A stretch of 64,000 bases of DNA, from the NCBI RefSeq assembly GCF_036321535.1, contig NC_087437.1, positions 112,408,001-112,472,000 of the forward strand. Reading direction: 5' to 3'. The DNA comes from Camelus dromedarius (lineage: Eukaryota). The notes under the pieces are model-generated. The model searched no databases and was not told where the DNA came from. It saw nothing but the letters and a program-made list of their open reading frames with translations. Positions 11,838 through 26,262 of the stretch are shown piece by piece. A program made the position numbers and the translations under genes. Position 1 is the first letter of the stretch. Each line of letters starts with the position of its first letter.

Positions 11838-13235
11838 GCAACAGGTTACAAGGGAATGGAAACAAGTAATTAGTCTTACAATCTGTTGGAAGCAAGACAG
11901 AGTTTACCGACATTCTGAGGAAAAAAAACAACAGAGAAAGAAGTAACTGAACAGGACGGTATCCAGACAAAGGCACAGCATTCCACAGCCGCTTCATACT
12001 CTGTGCACACTAAGTCCTCAGGGAGAACAGACGTTAAGCAAAATAAGGCTTATATTAGAAGCTGCATATAATACCGTTGATATTATTCTGTCTGACAGCA
12101 AAAGGCTCTAGAAAAATCTCTCTGGAGAAAAAAAGTGCAACACAAAACCTGTGTAACAAAGGAAAGGAAAAGTAGAGCTAAAGACCCAGTGGTCCCTTTG
12201 AAATCTCTCACGGGAATACACACAGTGCAAACACAGTGTTCCAAACTCAGCAGAAGTTTCTGCCTGGAGTATGAACTTTCAGGTTAAACATGTATTTTGC
12301 AGGAAGAGTTCACCCTAAAGCTTGAGCGCCAGAGCGAAGAGAGACTTGCAGTCAGTAAGTAAGTGGATGAAATGCCTACTTTTTCACTAGGTTGTAATAA
12401 TCCGCTTTGGGAAGAAGTGCTTTATCTTGAAACTAATTATTCCACCTTTTGTTATATGGTTCATGCTTTCAAAGTGCACTTGTCTCAAACTTGCTTGATA
12501 CTGAATTTTGTAACATCAGATAATAGCAGGCTGTCAAAAGAGAACCCCGGGGATGGACGGTTTAAGCTGCTTTTTTAAGAAGCATGCTGCTGAGCTGCCT
12601 CACGGTCTCCTTGCACCAGCCATACAAAACTGAGCCTATCTGCTCAAGTATCGTCCCTTCACAAATCAAGTCATATTAGAGGAATTGTTTTTAAAAGAGG
12701 CTTTCAAACTAGTCCTTCAGGCATTTAAAAAAATCTTCATATAAAAGTCCACTTCTTTTATACATAAGAACAAACACTTTTTTCCTTTAAAAAAATCTCA
12801 TTTTTAAGCCAAAATAAATTAAAACTTGCTGAAATACCCTTTTTAATGGCTCAATGCTTATTTCAGCTATAAGGAGCTGTGTTCTTTGCACATCTTTGAA
12901 AATTAGAGATACTGAGACAAAGTAGTTAACTCTAAAATGACATGATGATACAACTCTGGCTCAGGGAACAGACTAAACTTGAAGTCTTTAAGAATAAAAA
13001 ACTGACACTCATCATCCCATCTATATAGTCTTATGTACATATTAATAATCTATTCAATGAAAAAAGGACAGAAATTTCATAAAACTATCTCAAAACTTAG
13101 AGCATAAAAGTGTAAAGAAACAAAACATTTAATGTACAATCTATTCCATTTGGCAATGTGTAAATTATATTGAGAGATAAAAACTTATCTACAAATAGAA
13201 TATAACAAAAGGAAAATGTGATTTGAAAAGTGATC

Positions 13236-13281
13236 TCAGGTCCATAGCTCTTCAGTTCTTCCAAATTTGTAGATCAGAGTG
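13236..13281 (-). CDS. TMEM50B: TMEM50B last coding exon
   Basis: tag|CACTCTGATC...TGGACCTGA; STLIYKFGRTEELWT*. Exon sum 99+113+68+93+58+46 = 477 nt = 158 aa + stop, frame intact. Confidence 0.96.
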
Positions 13282-14419
13282 CTAGAAAGATATTAAAATA
13301 AATTAGGAGGAAAAATCACACAGAACAAGCAACAGAGAATTTATTTTCTAAATATGTTTTGCTGGGTACCTCACTGATCCCTTTTGTATCAATTTCTAAA
13401 ATTAAAGATTGTGGTGGTGTTGGTCTGAATTTGCTTGTTTTTTAAAGCCGTTTGCTGACCTTGATGGCTAAGTTTAATTAAATATCCTTTCTTAAAGTCT
13501 AGAAAGTTATTAGATAGGATACTTGTAAGGAAAGGGGGCACTTCTCATAGTGATTGGCATTAGGGCCACTCACATCTCTAGGATTCTACAGTATCTGACT
13601 TACAAAAACTGAAGAATCCTAAAACAGACCATGCTGCCATTCTTCATTCATTTAACAAATAATTATCATAACTAAGTACTGGCTAGGCACCAGGCACCTA
13701 CCTAAGCACTAGAAAGGTGACTGTGAACCAAAACAAGACAAATGTGCACATTAACGGAGCTAAGAGTCCAATGAAGGAGACAATCAAATCCCAACTCAAA
13801 GACATGCTCTAAAGGCAAAGCACATGGCACCAAGAGAGGGAAATACAAGGATCTGACCTAGTTCGAGGGGGCAAGACAGTTTTCCTGAGGAAGTGGTGAC
13901 CGAACTGAGATCTAAAAGAAGAGTGGGAATCACCTCGGCAAAGTATAGGGGAAGGAGGAGAGGCGCGGAGGAGGGACACTCTGGGACCCTGAGTTGAGTT
14001 GTGGGTATGTTGGATGGCTTGGGTTTAAAACGTCAGCCACCTGAGAGGGTATAAGTAAGAATCCAGACACGTGGTTTAGCCGTGGAGACAGACATCTGTG
14101 CCTCAATGGCATGTAGGCAACAACTGAAGTCTCAAGATAAAGGAGCTCACCCGGAGAGAGAGAATGAGTCAAGAAGGGGCCTAGGACAGAACCTTAAGAA
14201 ACTCCAGAAGTTAGTGGGTGGAGGATCAGCTTGCAAAGGAAACAGAGGCAGAGCAGCCAGAGAAGCAGGAGCTGTATACAGCTGGCTGGATAACTTGCCA
14301 GCCTCTGGGCAGAGCACACAGTTGATGTGGTTGGCAGTCACTGTCCACGTGAGCACAGGCCTTTACACTGTTCATCCAACTATCATTTATATGGACTCAT
14401 CTACCACTATAAAGGGCTG

Positions 14420-15660
14420 AATCTGAACTTAAATTTGATCTCTAAACAGTGCCTAAGATGTCTTCATGAAAACTCACTGTATTCCCAGAAGGTTGTCAGC
14501 CACTTGCCAAGAAATACAATCACAAGATAGCAGAAACCATCAAACATCTTTCAAAACCAAAAGTGTCCAGGCCACAGTGCAGTAAGAGGAAACCCAGGCA
14601 GAGCACGGCGAGCTGAGGAAACAGTTGAGAGTTCCAGGGCTAGAGTCTGCAAGGCAGAGTACAGAGAGCCGGAGACAGGGAGCCCCGGAGGTCTGCAGGG
14701 GTCCCCCCCTGAGTCTTCTGTCAAGTACTGATAGTAGATGCATGTGAGGAAACTCCCCAAGAAAAGGGAAGGAACCTTTGGAAAGAACAACTCCCAGAGC
14801 TCCCACAGGGCTGGGAAGACTTCACAATCTCATAAAGCAGAGTAGAAAGCCTCAGAATACATGGAGCATCGGAAAGAGTACTCAGAAGTGTAACTGCCTC
14901 AGTAAGGGGGACATGCAACCCTCGTCTAAAGCTGCTCTGGTCCTGCCTTATGAAGCTTAAAAGCAAGACTCAAAAGGATCAAGCTGTTTCCCAGTGACTG
15001 GATTGCATCCAGAACAAAGCTCAAAAACGTTTAAAGAAATACCAAAAAGTCCAGCCCCCAACCAGCTGCATGCAAAGAACACAAATAGGGGAAAAGAGAC
15101 CCAAAATGGAAAGAAAATAAAAATAGTCAATAGGAACAGACTCAGAATTGACACAATCAGGCAAGGACACTGAAATGGTTACACACATACTTCATATGTT
15201 CAAGGAGGTAGAGGGAAGCATGTTAGAGAGAGATGTGGAGAATGTAAAAACAAAGACCTAAATTACACTAACATAGATGAAAAATACAATGTCTCAGATG
15301 AAAAACACACCAGATGGGAGTAACAGTGTATGAGATACGACAGAAGCAGAGATTAGTGAACCTGCAGATACAACAATGGAAACCATCCCACGTGAAACAC
15401 ACACGACAAAAACGAGAAGCAAGCATCAGTGCGCTGTGGGACAACTTCAAACAGTCTAATACACATGTAACTGGAATCCCAGAAGGGCAGGGTGGGCAGA
15501 AAAAATATTTGAAGAAATAATGGCTGAAAAGATTCCCAATTTGATGATAACTATAAATCCACAGATCTAAGAAACTCAATGAGCCCCAAGCAGAAATCTG
15601 AAGAAAACTACACCATAGCACATCATAATCAAACTGCTTAAAACCAGCGACAAAACAAAG
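14420..15660 (+). mobile_element. Degenerate LINE-1 5' UTR/ORF1 region
   Basis: ORF1-like remnants (LWDNFKQSNTHVTGIPEG; tttgaagaaataatggctgaaa; acatcataatcaaactgct). Confidence 0.75.
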
Positions 15661-16392
15661 TTCTTCAATGCTTAGATCTTAATACTTTTGTGGGTGGGGT
15701 AGGGGGTAGGGGATATAATTTTCATAAATGATGCCTAAAATACCTATCTTTACATTAGAAGACATTTCATTCTGAAAAGTATAGGATACAGGCTTCACTT
15801 TGGAAGCTTTTTAGAAGACTGCCCCCCAAAAATACTTTTAATATTGTTTTATTTTTATACTTTTAAGTTATCTTAAAAACCTAATCAAAAAATCTAATTC
15901 CCCAACCAGGTTTTATATATGATGTGCATACTATGTATTAATTCTAACTCCTTTCTTTGTTTCTTTTTTTATTAAAGGTACATGATATGGTTTCTTAATA
16001 AAACACAGGTTATGGAAGCAGCAGTCTGGGTTCAAATCCCTGTTCTGGATTTGCTAGCTAGGTGTCCTTAAATTATGCTCTGAGTCTTATTTCCTCATCT
16101 ACAAAACAGGAACACCATCTGGGTTATATACTTAAGATAATTAAATGGGCATGTAAAAGGTAACAAGATCTCAGCTGGTAACATCCAGCTGAGGTCTTGG
16201 CACATAGCAGGGCCCCACTTAAACGCTTGTGTATGCTTCTATGCAACTGTAGAATTTTCACCTTTTAAAAGAAGTTCTACACATTGTAACTAATCCAAGG
16301 GATTTTACATGTCCCATTGCACATGCTGCCCTTACAATAAAGATGACATTTCTGTAAAAGTATAGGTCTAAGTAAGAAATTAGGCAACTTAC

Positions 16393-16450
16393 CTAAAAAA
16401 TATAAGTGCATTTTGAAAAAACACAGCTAGTCCTGGATAAACATCAGTAT
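16393..16450 (-). CDS. TMEM50B: TMEM50B coding exon 5
   Basis: cag|ATACTGAT...TTTTTAG|gtaagt; 58 nt; NTDVYPGLAVFFQNALIFF. Confidence 0.96.
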
Positions 16451-16799
16451 CTGCACAAAGTAAAACAGATCAGAAGATCACAAAAGGCAAATGGCAGTCA
16501 CGAAGTCTTTGTGCCATTCACAATGACATGCTCTGTACACTACAAAATGCTGTGGTTATTCATTAACTCTAAGAAATCCACGAAGAAACTGAAATGAGAA
16601 AATGCCGGTCTCATTCTCCCAAAAGAAAGGATTGCTGTCACTCCGGATAAAAGACAATGAATTTATCAGGTTCTCCTTTTATCTAAAGTAGTTGCTATGG
16701 TTTGAGCTGCATGGAAACTGCTAAGGAAGCAGCAGCTCATACCTCCGTGTCCTGTGGCCAATACAGAAATACACAATGTCACACAGGTACACATTAAAA

Positions 16800-16886
16800 C
16801 AATTTTTTAACAAAGGTACTGGGGATTGAACCCTGGACCTTGTGCATGCTAAGCACGCACTCTACTACTGAGCTGTATCTTCCCCC
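16800..16886 (-). mobile_element. tRNA-derived SINE (vic-1-like)
   Basis: ggtactggggattgaaccctggaccttgtgcatgctaagcacgcactctactactgagctgta is the reverse of the family consensus. Confidence 0.88.
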
Positions 16887-17179
16887 TACAAATTAAATTC
16901 TTGATGATTTAAGAGTCTGTTCATTTATTTTCTTTCATGAATTCAGGAATTTTATTGTGCAAATCTGACATATATAAAAAGAATTGTAATTTATCATCAT
17001 GTTCTCCTGGGGAGACAGGTACTATCTTCATAGGAAGAAAAAGAAAAAACTGGAAATGACTTATATTTTTATGGATAGTTAATAAAACTATAAATGTTGT
17101 TTAAAAATACTAGATAGGATGAAGAAATGCTCAATTTGTAGCTTTGGATATCACACAGCAAACAATAGAGCTGCATGCT

Positions 17180-17410
17180 TAAAAGCTCCAAGTTTGAGTC
17201 ATACACCCTGGATCTGAATCCTAACTCTACCACTGACTAAACGTATGACCATGGGCAGATTATTTCACCTCATTATGCCTTAGTTTCCTCACTGGTAAAA
17301 CGGACATTGTAATAGCACCTGCCCCAGAGCGCGATAAATGTGGACTATGCATAGTGCCTAGAACAGTACGCGGCCCATAAAGTGCTATGTAAACACTAGC
17401 TGCTGTTATG
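17180..17410. mobile_element. MIR SINE
   Basis: MIR core ctgaatcctaactctaccact...ttagtttcctcactggtaaaacgg. Confidence 0.7.
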
Positions 17411-17779
17411 ATTCCAGAAAATCTGCACAGCAAAAGATTTGAAATACTTGTTAGAAATGCTCTAAGTATATTCAGTTTACAAACTGAAAAGTGTATATAA
17501 TGAGCAATGCTGTAGAAATATGAAGATGAGACCCGTAATTGAGAAATTCCTCAATATGTACTAGTTCTTCAAAGATTAAGATCAACCAATGCGTGTATAA
17601 CCTTTACAAACTTAATACTTCCCTACATACCTTTCAGGAATGATCATTTATTCCTGATTTCATAATGGAAACTAGAAAGTTTCACATGTTGCTTCATGTA
17701 CGTATGCAGACTTTCCAAGGAAACTAATAACAGCAACCCACCCTTCTTAGAGTCAGGGATAAAATGAGCTTAAAATGTC

Positions 17780-18030
17780 CTTCCCGATATGATTCCATTT
17801 AGAAACAGGCAAATCTACAGAAAGTAGATTAGTTGTTGCCTAGGGCTGGCAAAGGGTAATGAGGAGTGATAGCTAATGGGTAAGAAGTTTCTTTTTGGGG
17901 TAATAAAAGTGTTCTAAAGTTGGATTATGGTGATGGTAGCACAACTCTGTGACTATACCAAGCATTGAACTGTACACTTTAAATGGGTGATTTACATGAC
18001 ATGCATATTATATCTTAATAAAGCTGTTTT
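17780..18030 (+). mobile_element. Old LINE-1 3' end (L1MB-like)
   Basis: tatgattccattt...aggcaaatctacag...gtagattagttgttgcc...tcttaataaagctg. Confidence 0.75.
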
Positions 18031-19179
18031 TAAAAAAGCACTTTCAAATGAGCTTCATACTAGAACTGTCTGCTCCGTTAGTATTTTTAATTAACTAAAA
18101 TAATATATTTTAGATATATATGATGAGTGGTACTAAACATTAGCCAACGACTGTCCTCTTGTACTGACTTATTTTGTACAAAAGACAAAGGTGTTCCAAA
18201 GATCTTATACTCATCATATCAAGATAGTAAAAGGCCAACTGTGAATCAGGACAAAGAGATGTGACAGTTAAGCAGAGTGACAAAGATTCCAGAGACAGAG
18301 GTATCAGAAGGCGAGTAAACTGTTATCTGAAACTGATTCACGTCTGTGGCGTGAAGGGAGAGAGCCAGTGCAACAGCGTCTTCTGATTCCTCCACTTCTG
18401 CTTTTCAGCCCCACCCTGGATGGAAAGCTGTTGTGACTGGAACAGTTGCAAAGCTCAGAATGGTGCACAGAGAGCTCTCTCCACTGTAGCAAGTTTCTGC
18501 ATGAAGGCTACACACACCTTCAGTCTTACCCTTAAAAAAACTCCCCCTTGTACCTAGCACTGAACAATTACACGCTGGGGTTGGAGAGAAGAGGTATTAA
18601 TAGAACAAAAGATACTAGGGTTCATAACGCCTTGCCTTGAAACCCTTGGGGCAAGGCATGTTTTGGAACTCAGAATTTTTCAGATTTAAGAATGGTAACA
18701 AAGGGTATAATATCACATAGCACCCCCAACTGAGTTTGGACGAGCATCCCATAATCAAATACAACCACATTCCTCTAAGAAAATATGTGAATACTTATCA
18801 TATGAAATAAAGACCATAAAGAGCCCCGGGTCAATTGAGGCCAGGTTTTGCTGCCAAACTGGTTATGAAAAACTCGACCTTCAGCACTTTATGGATTTTA
18901 GAACAGTGTAGAAGGGGCTGTGGATCTGTACAGGCTTCTCACTTTTACCACCAGTCAGTAAACAGGTCTCTAGCATAGAGCCGGAAGGAAGGAAATCAGA
19001 ACCTCCAGAGATGGCTGAGTTACCTGGTCTCTGTCAGTGGCCTGGATTTCCTAACATGGTTATCCCACTGCACTCAATGACCCTACCAAGTTTTATTAAA
19101 CAACTTATAAACCTTTGCATAGAGTTTTATCTCCATGCTAACTGAATAATTAAACTAAATTTTACTCCAGGTGGGGTTA

Positions 19180-19377
<198 letters not shown>

Positions 19378-21398
19378 TCATTTCTGCATTCTGCAGCTCT
19401 TTGTCTTAACAATACATAATACCAGAACACGGTTAACCTAACATATGTTATGCCTATCAAAACAGTCATGTATTTACATATACCTGCTATAACAATTAAC
19501 TGAATTAAGATAAAAAAAAAAAAGAAATTAACTAAAAGGTGTTAAGCCACACTTGGAAATGGAAAAGAGGTAAGTTACTATTCTGCTGGCTAACAGTTGA
19601 ATAAACTAAACTAGGCAAGCTTCATAAGTAATTATTTGACTAAGCTGATTAATTAAACCCTAACTGAAAAATTACCCTGTTGTATATATTATCAAGGTAA
19701 TTGTTCTATTAGAAATAGCAAATATATTTCAGATAGCCATTACCACACAGGAATGAAAGACTGCAAATGAATAAGAAACATATGCCCCTTTTTCATCAAT
19801 GTTAATATCATGCCACTACTCAATATGGTGCTAACAGCAGCCATGTATTCAGTCTCTTATGGCTGAGGCAGGCAATCTGTACCACATGCCCTTGAAAAGA
19901 TCAAGGACAAAAGCATCTCTTCAAACCTCTACTGTATAGAATTCTAGAATTTACACAATAGAATCTCAATAAAGTGATCATCCAGACACTTGAGTAGATT
20001 CAACACATTTTTAGGAAAGAAGGTTAGCATTTGTGCCAAACCCTGATCACAGGTATATTGACAGCCTGTCGCCCTGTGGAAGGGGAATAAAGCTTCCCTG
20101 AATTGAAAATAAAATCTGAGCCAGTTTCCATAAGAGAAAGCTAAGTTTGCCGCAACTGCAGATATTCTATTACTAGGTGAACAAAAATTCATATATTTTA
20201 GGCACCAGATATGCAGGAAGCTCAAAGCTCAGCACAGTAAGAACAGCTGATATTTGAGAGAAATGGGTCCCTAGATTATCTAAATTTTATTATAATACTA
20301 AGCAGGTCCCCAGAAATACACAGTAATGTTTAGTTCCTTCGAGAAAGACATCCTCCAAATTCAATCACAGCTTTTATCTAAAGTGAATGAAAGGAACTAT
20401 CACAAATTCTTGTAATTATCTTCCTTCATGTCCTTTATATATGACCACACAAAAACGTTCTAATAGAATTAAATAAGAAAAAAACTTCCCTTGAAAAATG
20501 AGTATGTTTTCCTTTAGCAAAAAATAAACTATAACATTTTCCCTTTTTTGCTTTGACTGCAAGGAAGCTCATGGCCAACGTTAATGAACAATTAAGAGGA
20601 TCCATCTTATCCTAGATTCTAAGTACATGATCTTTTTTCTACCTAGTATCTGTTCCTTTTTATAGCTTTCTTATTTAACAGTTCCATTTGTAGTGTATTA
20701 TTACTTTGATAATACTTTCCTGCAAATTCCTCTGGGAATTAAATGGGGCTAAATTACAAATAAACCATTTAGGTAGCATGGAAGCTTAGTGTGGCAACAT
20801 CTGAGCAAGCCTAGAAGACAGTTTGCCCTTAAATTTTGAAGCATTAGACAGAAATTGCACCTAAGGCACTACATATAAATATAAACTGTATTGTGAATTT
20901 TAATTGGGTAGGGAATAATCATGGAAGAAAATATAACAGTCACTTACTAAGAGTAAAAACTATGGGCTTTGGAACCAGACAGACCCAAGGCAAATACAAG
21001 CTCTACCTTTAAGCTAAAAAGCTTTCGTTAAGTTACAGTGAAATTTTCTACAGAAAATAAGATAATAGTAACATAATCCACAGCAATGTCTGAGGAATAT
21101 TCTTTAAAGAAAAATGATCAAATAAATTATTATGTGCTCTATGTACATTTTCACTTGCCAATACATGCTTTCTTATTTTTTACTCTCAACCATTTCTGAC
21201 ATTACTGGGGCACAAGACATGCATGCATGTGTATGCACGCACGCTCATGCACACACACACAAACGCACTTTTAACTTAGGTTTGTCTGTCATTTGTCACT
21301 ATCCGCATCATCTCCAATTCTTCAACGATCCCAATGGAAGTGAAATTATAAGATCTGCATCAGCAATTAAAGCATCAGGAACAAAAGAAAGCTAATCT

Positions 21399-21775
21399 GT
21401 CCCCCCTGTAACTGGCTTATTTCACCCAGCATAATGTCCTCCAGGTTCATCTGTGTTGTCACATATGGCAGGATTTCCTTTTTTCTGTTGTCACATATGG
21501 CAGGATTTCCTTTTTTCAAGGCCCATTCCCTTTATGTGAGGAATCTAAAAGAGTCAAACTCACAGAAACAGAGAGTGTAACAGTGGCCACGGAGTGGGAA
21601 CTGGGGAATTGCTGTTCAGCGGGTAAACAGTTTCAGCTATTACAAGATGAGTAAGTTCCAGAGGTCTGCTGTACAGTATTGTGCCTACGGTTAGCAATAG
21701 TGTATCATGCACTTGAAATTGTGTTGAGAGTAGATCTCATGTTAAGCGTTTTTACATTAAAAAAAATTTTTTTTT
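21399..21775. mobile_element. LINE-1 with inverted 5' segment
   Basis: ~21410-21520 is antisense L1 3'-region sequence and ~21525-21765 is a sense L1 3' end; TSD aaagctaa(t/g)ct at 21388-21398 and 21776-21786. Confidence 0.7.
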
Positions 21776-22095
21776 AAAGCTAAGCTCTTTGGCTCCTTTA
21801 TTTGGTTTAAAGTCTCATGATACTTGCTCTATGATTCCATTTATAGATTCTAGAAAAGGCAAAACTACACTGATAGAAAGCAGATCAGTGGGGGCCAGGA
21901 GGTGGGGTAACAGGATTAACTACAAGGGGTAAGAGGGAACCTCCTGGAGTAACAGAAATATCCTATATCATGATTGTAGTAGTAGTTACCTTGCTGTATA
22001 CATTTGTCAAAACCTGTTAAACTGTATACTTTAAAAGTTGGTGAGTTTTATTTTATATTTCATACAAATTATCCTCAATTATACTGACCAAAAAA

Positions 22096-22096
<1 letters not shown>

Positions 22097-22130
<34 letters not shown>
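22097..22130. repeat. (CA)n microsatellite
   Basis: Direct inspection. Confidence 0.95.
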
Positions 22131-22133
<3 letters not shown>

Positions 22134-22179
22134 CTACAGACAAAGAGACGAAATGGTTCCTGATTAGAGACGATCACAG

Positions 22180-22430
22180 AACGGTAGCTAAAAGCATGGG
22201 ATCTGGAACCAGACTGTCAGTGCTCAGGTCCTGGCCCCACCACTTATTTGCTTTATGACTTTGGACAAGTTATTTAAGTTCTCTGTGCCTTAGTTCTTCA
22301 TCTAAAACTGAGGACAAGAGTACCTACCTCATAGGACTACTGTGACAATTAACTGAGTTAATACATGTCAAGCATTCAAGCCAGTCTCAGGCACACACTA
22401 AGTACTCCACAAGTACTTGCTATTATTCTT
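22180..22430. mobile_element. MIR SINE
   Basis: gactttggacaagttatttaagttctctgtgccttag core. Confidence 0.7.
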
Positions 22431-23161
22431 AATCATCCTTCAAAATTCCCCTCCCACCTAGTCCAAATTTCCGACCATAACACAAATCACCCTCCCTAGT
22501 CCTCAAAGGTTGGAGATAGGACATCTAGCATTGTGCTTTTCATGTATGGCATGGAAATTCCACAGAAAACAAAACTACTGGAATTCTAACAGAATGTGTT
22601 ATAACCTGAATAAGAGAAAATACTACTAAATGACAATTCAAAAGAGTTCAAATTCAAAAAAAAATGTATATGCAGACAAACAGCGTGTTTCTTCTAAATA
22701 CTTTCGTTGTAGTCTGTTGGTGTTAACTCAGGTGATCACAACTGAATGTGAAAAACACTGCAGTCCTAGTTTTGATCTCTTAATGCATGCATACTTTGTT
22801 GTTAGTAATCATGGTCAGCCATCTTGTAACTAATATTATTGGTCAATATTTGGGATAAAAATAAATCCATCATTAGCACTGGAGGAATAACCTGGAGCCC
22901 AAGATCCATCTATTTGAATGGTAACATTTTACCTACATATTATGGGCATATAACACGACAAAAAATAGAAACTTCTGACAGTAACTTTAATTTTCTTAAT
23001 GATTTAGATAACACAAAAAATTTTTCTTAAAAGTAAATTTTAAAAAATCCTATATAATCATTACCATTCCTAAATAAAGACTCACTATGGGCTTTGCTTT
23101 TTCTGCTGATAAATCTCTCTTTTTTAGCCAGCACACATTAACAACTCAAAAGTGCATTTAC

Positions 23162-23229
23162 CTGTTCTTCCTAAACAGCCGCTTTCATAGCTGTCACCTC
23201 TCACCTGAGCATTGGACACAGCATTTATC
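23162..23229 (-). CDS. TMEM50B: TMEM50B coding exon 3
   Basis: tag|GATAAATGCT...AGAACAG|gtaaat; 68 nt; [22 protein letters not shown]. Confidence 0.96.
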
Positions 23230-24265
23230 CTAGAACAATACAAAATCATCTAATAAGCTTTCATGCTGCTAAAATATTCACAGATATTTACATACCATTT
23301 AGAAGGGAAACATTTCCTAACCAAAGTCAGTATCTGAATAACTGAACGTATCTTTTAACTTAAATATCCTAGTGGGTAGAAATGTTACGTTAGTTTTATT
23401 TTTCTAAAGTACACCCAGAAAACACACTTAATTTTAAGAGATTACTATCACTTGTCTCCAGTGATTATAAAAGAGGGGTCAATTTTCTGACTTCTTTGCC
23501 TGTTTCACATTTATACATGAATGACTCACTGTGAGGTATCTCATTTTAAGGTTCTTGTTATAATCAGGGTTTAAAAGTTTCTCTTGGTGTTAAAAGTCAA
23601 GTGATTTTCTCTGATCCATTTCTCAAATTCAGAGAACACTGGTCTATATATAAGAAACAGGTCCACTTTGTTCAGCTTCTCTTTCCATTTTTGTTATAAC
23701 AAGGTGCTTTGTAGAAGGAATTGTCTTTTCTTAGCATCCTGAATGAATATAAGTAGTTCTGTCTTCTACAGTTCCTTTTTTAAAACCCCTAACATTTAAG
23801 AAAATTATGTAATCTTAACATTTAACATTTTTTTAATTATTAAAAGATATCCATGAAAAGCTTCCAAATTTTTATGAAGTGAAATAGTAGATAAACCTGA
23901 AAATGATTTAATAAAAGAGAAAAGCCATGTATCAATCTCATGTAAAGCCAATCCTGCCCTTCCCCAAATATTGGCAAACACAGTCAAGTATCACATTTAA
24001 AAAATATAATACTCCATGGTAAAAGGTAAGTGTGTTAGAATGCTCCAGGATGAATCACTACTAAAAAATCTAGAAATATAACATATTTTGTTACAGCTAA
24101 GATGCCATTAATTTTTAAGATGCACCATTATTTTTTTATACTGACAAGAAGGAAAAAAATACTATCTTTTGTAATGATGAGATACCACTGACTACAAAAA
24201 GCATCCTGATGTTCAGAGATAATAAAATATAAAAATAATCTTAGGACCTATAAAACATAGTAATT

Positions 24266-24397
24266 GGGGAGAGGGTATAGTTCAGTGGTACAGTGCATGC
24301 TTAGCATGCACAAGGTCCTGGGTTCGATCCCCAGAACCTCCATCAAAAAAATAAATAAATATACCTAATTACCTTCCTCCAAAACAAAACAGAAACA
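24266..24397 (+). mobile_element. tRNA-derived SINE (vic-1-like)
   Basis: Consensus head and A-rich tail; catagtaatt repeated on both sides as a TSD. Confidence 0.88.
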
Positions 24398-24660
24398 ACC
24401 ATAGTAATTAGTCAGTTAAACAAATATAAGGACAAACATCACAAGATAATCTCTATACATGATAAAAAGATTATCTGACTAAATTCAACACTCATTCTTG
24501 ATTTAAAAATCTTAATAAAGTGGGAATATATACACACATATATTTATGTTAAAAAAGAATCTATTAATTAAGTTAAAAAGTTATTCCAGATAGTATTAAA
24601 CTTTGAGGCAAAAATGTTTATAGAAAAATAACCTTGCATTGAGAATTACCTTCATACTTA

Positions 24661-24792
<132 letters not shown>

Positions 24793-25547
24793 TCATTAAA
24801 GTACCACTGACACTTTGGCTTAGCATGATACCTGTTCCTTAACATTACCCTTTTTCTATGGACCATGTAACTGAAACATAAAATATGCCTACTTTTAGAT
24901 ATTGAAATACGAAAAATGAGAATCCCTTGTTTACTTATTCTCTATAGCATATGAGGTGAATATAATGAAATCTCTGTAAGATTCTGAAGTTCTGCTCTCA
25001 ATGCAAAATGAAAATTTTACTATCTAGGAACGAATTATCTCCTTCTTTCATCCACCATAAAATTACATGCAACCAAAGCTCTCTTAACTAACCTCCAACT
25101 AACCAGCTCCTTGATTATCTCATGTGTTTCATTCTCTCGTTCATATTCAAAAGAATATGAATATTTCTTTTTAATGTGCCCAAGCATTTTTGCTTCCACA
25201 AATGAGATGCCATGTCTCCAAAAAATATCTAAGCTCGGTATAGTTTTATTTAATTATTTAATTGATTAAATACTGTAAAACTGACTAAACATGAGTTAGT
25301 AAAATGTAATGTTTCTAGGTAAACTAGGCTGAATAGACTTAAAGCACACAAGTTACTAAGAATTTCACAGACAAATTAAGTGCAGACGAGACAACCATAA
25401 AGAGCAAGAAAAACTAACAAACAGATAAAAGAATTCTGCATGCAGACTGCTTCATAATTATTTTTAGTTCTTACTCTGCTTTATTTATTCAATTTTTTCT
25501 ACTAGACTTCAGGTATAGAACTATATACTGAAAAGATGAATTTATCT

Positions 25548-26262
25548 ATCTTTAATTTTTTATTCTCTTCAATTATAGTTTACCTGAAGATATTTAATAT
25601 AGTTCCTGTGCTACACAGTAGGACCTTGTTATTTATCTGTTTTATATATAGTGGTCTGTATCTGCTAATCCCAGATTTATTCCCCACTTCCTTCCCCTTT
25701 GGTAACCGTAAGTTTGTTTTCTATGTCTGTGAGTCTATTTCTGTTTTGTAAGTAAGTTCAACTTAGATTCCACATATAAGTGACATCACGTAATATTTTC
25801 TTTGTCTGACCTACTTTACTTAGTATGATATCTTCTAGGACCATCCATGTTGCTGCAAATAGCATTATTTTATTCTTTTTGTGGCTGAGTAGTATTCCCT
25901 TGTATATATGTACCACATCTTCTTTATTCATTCATCTGTCAGTGGACATTAAGGTTACTTCCATGTCCTGGCCATTGTAAATAATGCTGCTATGAACACT
26001 GGGGTGCACGTATCTTTTCGAAATTAGAGTTTCTTTTGGATATATGCCCAGGAGTGGGACTGCTGGATCATATGGTCAGTCTATTTTTAGTTTTTAAGGA
26101 ACCTCCAAACTGTTCTCGAAAATAGCTATACCAATTTACATTCTCACAAACAGTGTAGGAGGGTTCCCTTTTCTCCACACCCTCTCCAGCATTTATTATT
26201 TGTAGATCTTTTGATGATGGCCATTCTGACCTATGTGAAGTGATACCTCATTGTAGTTTTGA
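25548..26262 (-). mobile_element. 5'-truncated LINE-1
   Basis: L1 3' UTR/ORF2-end sequence similar to the 2751-3873 copy; TSD-like tgaaaagatga(a/g)ttta on both flanks. Confidence 0.88.
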
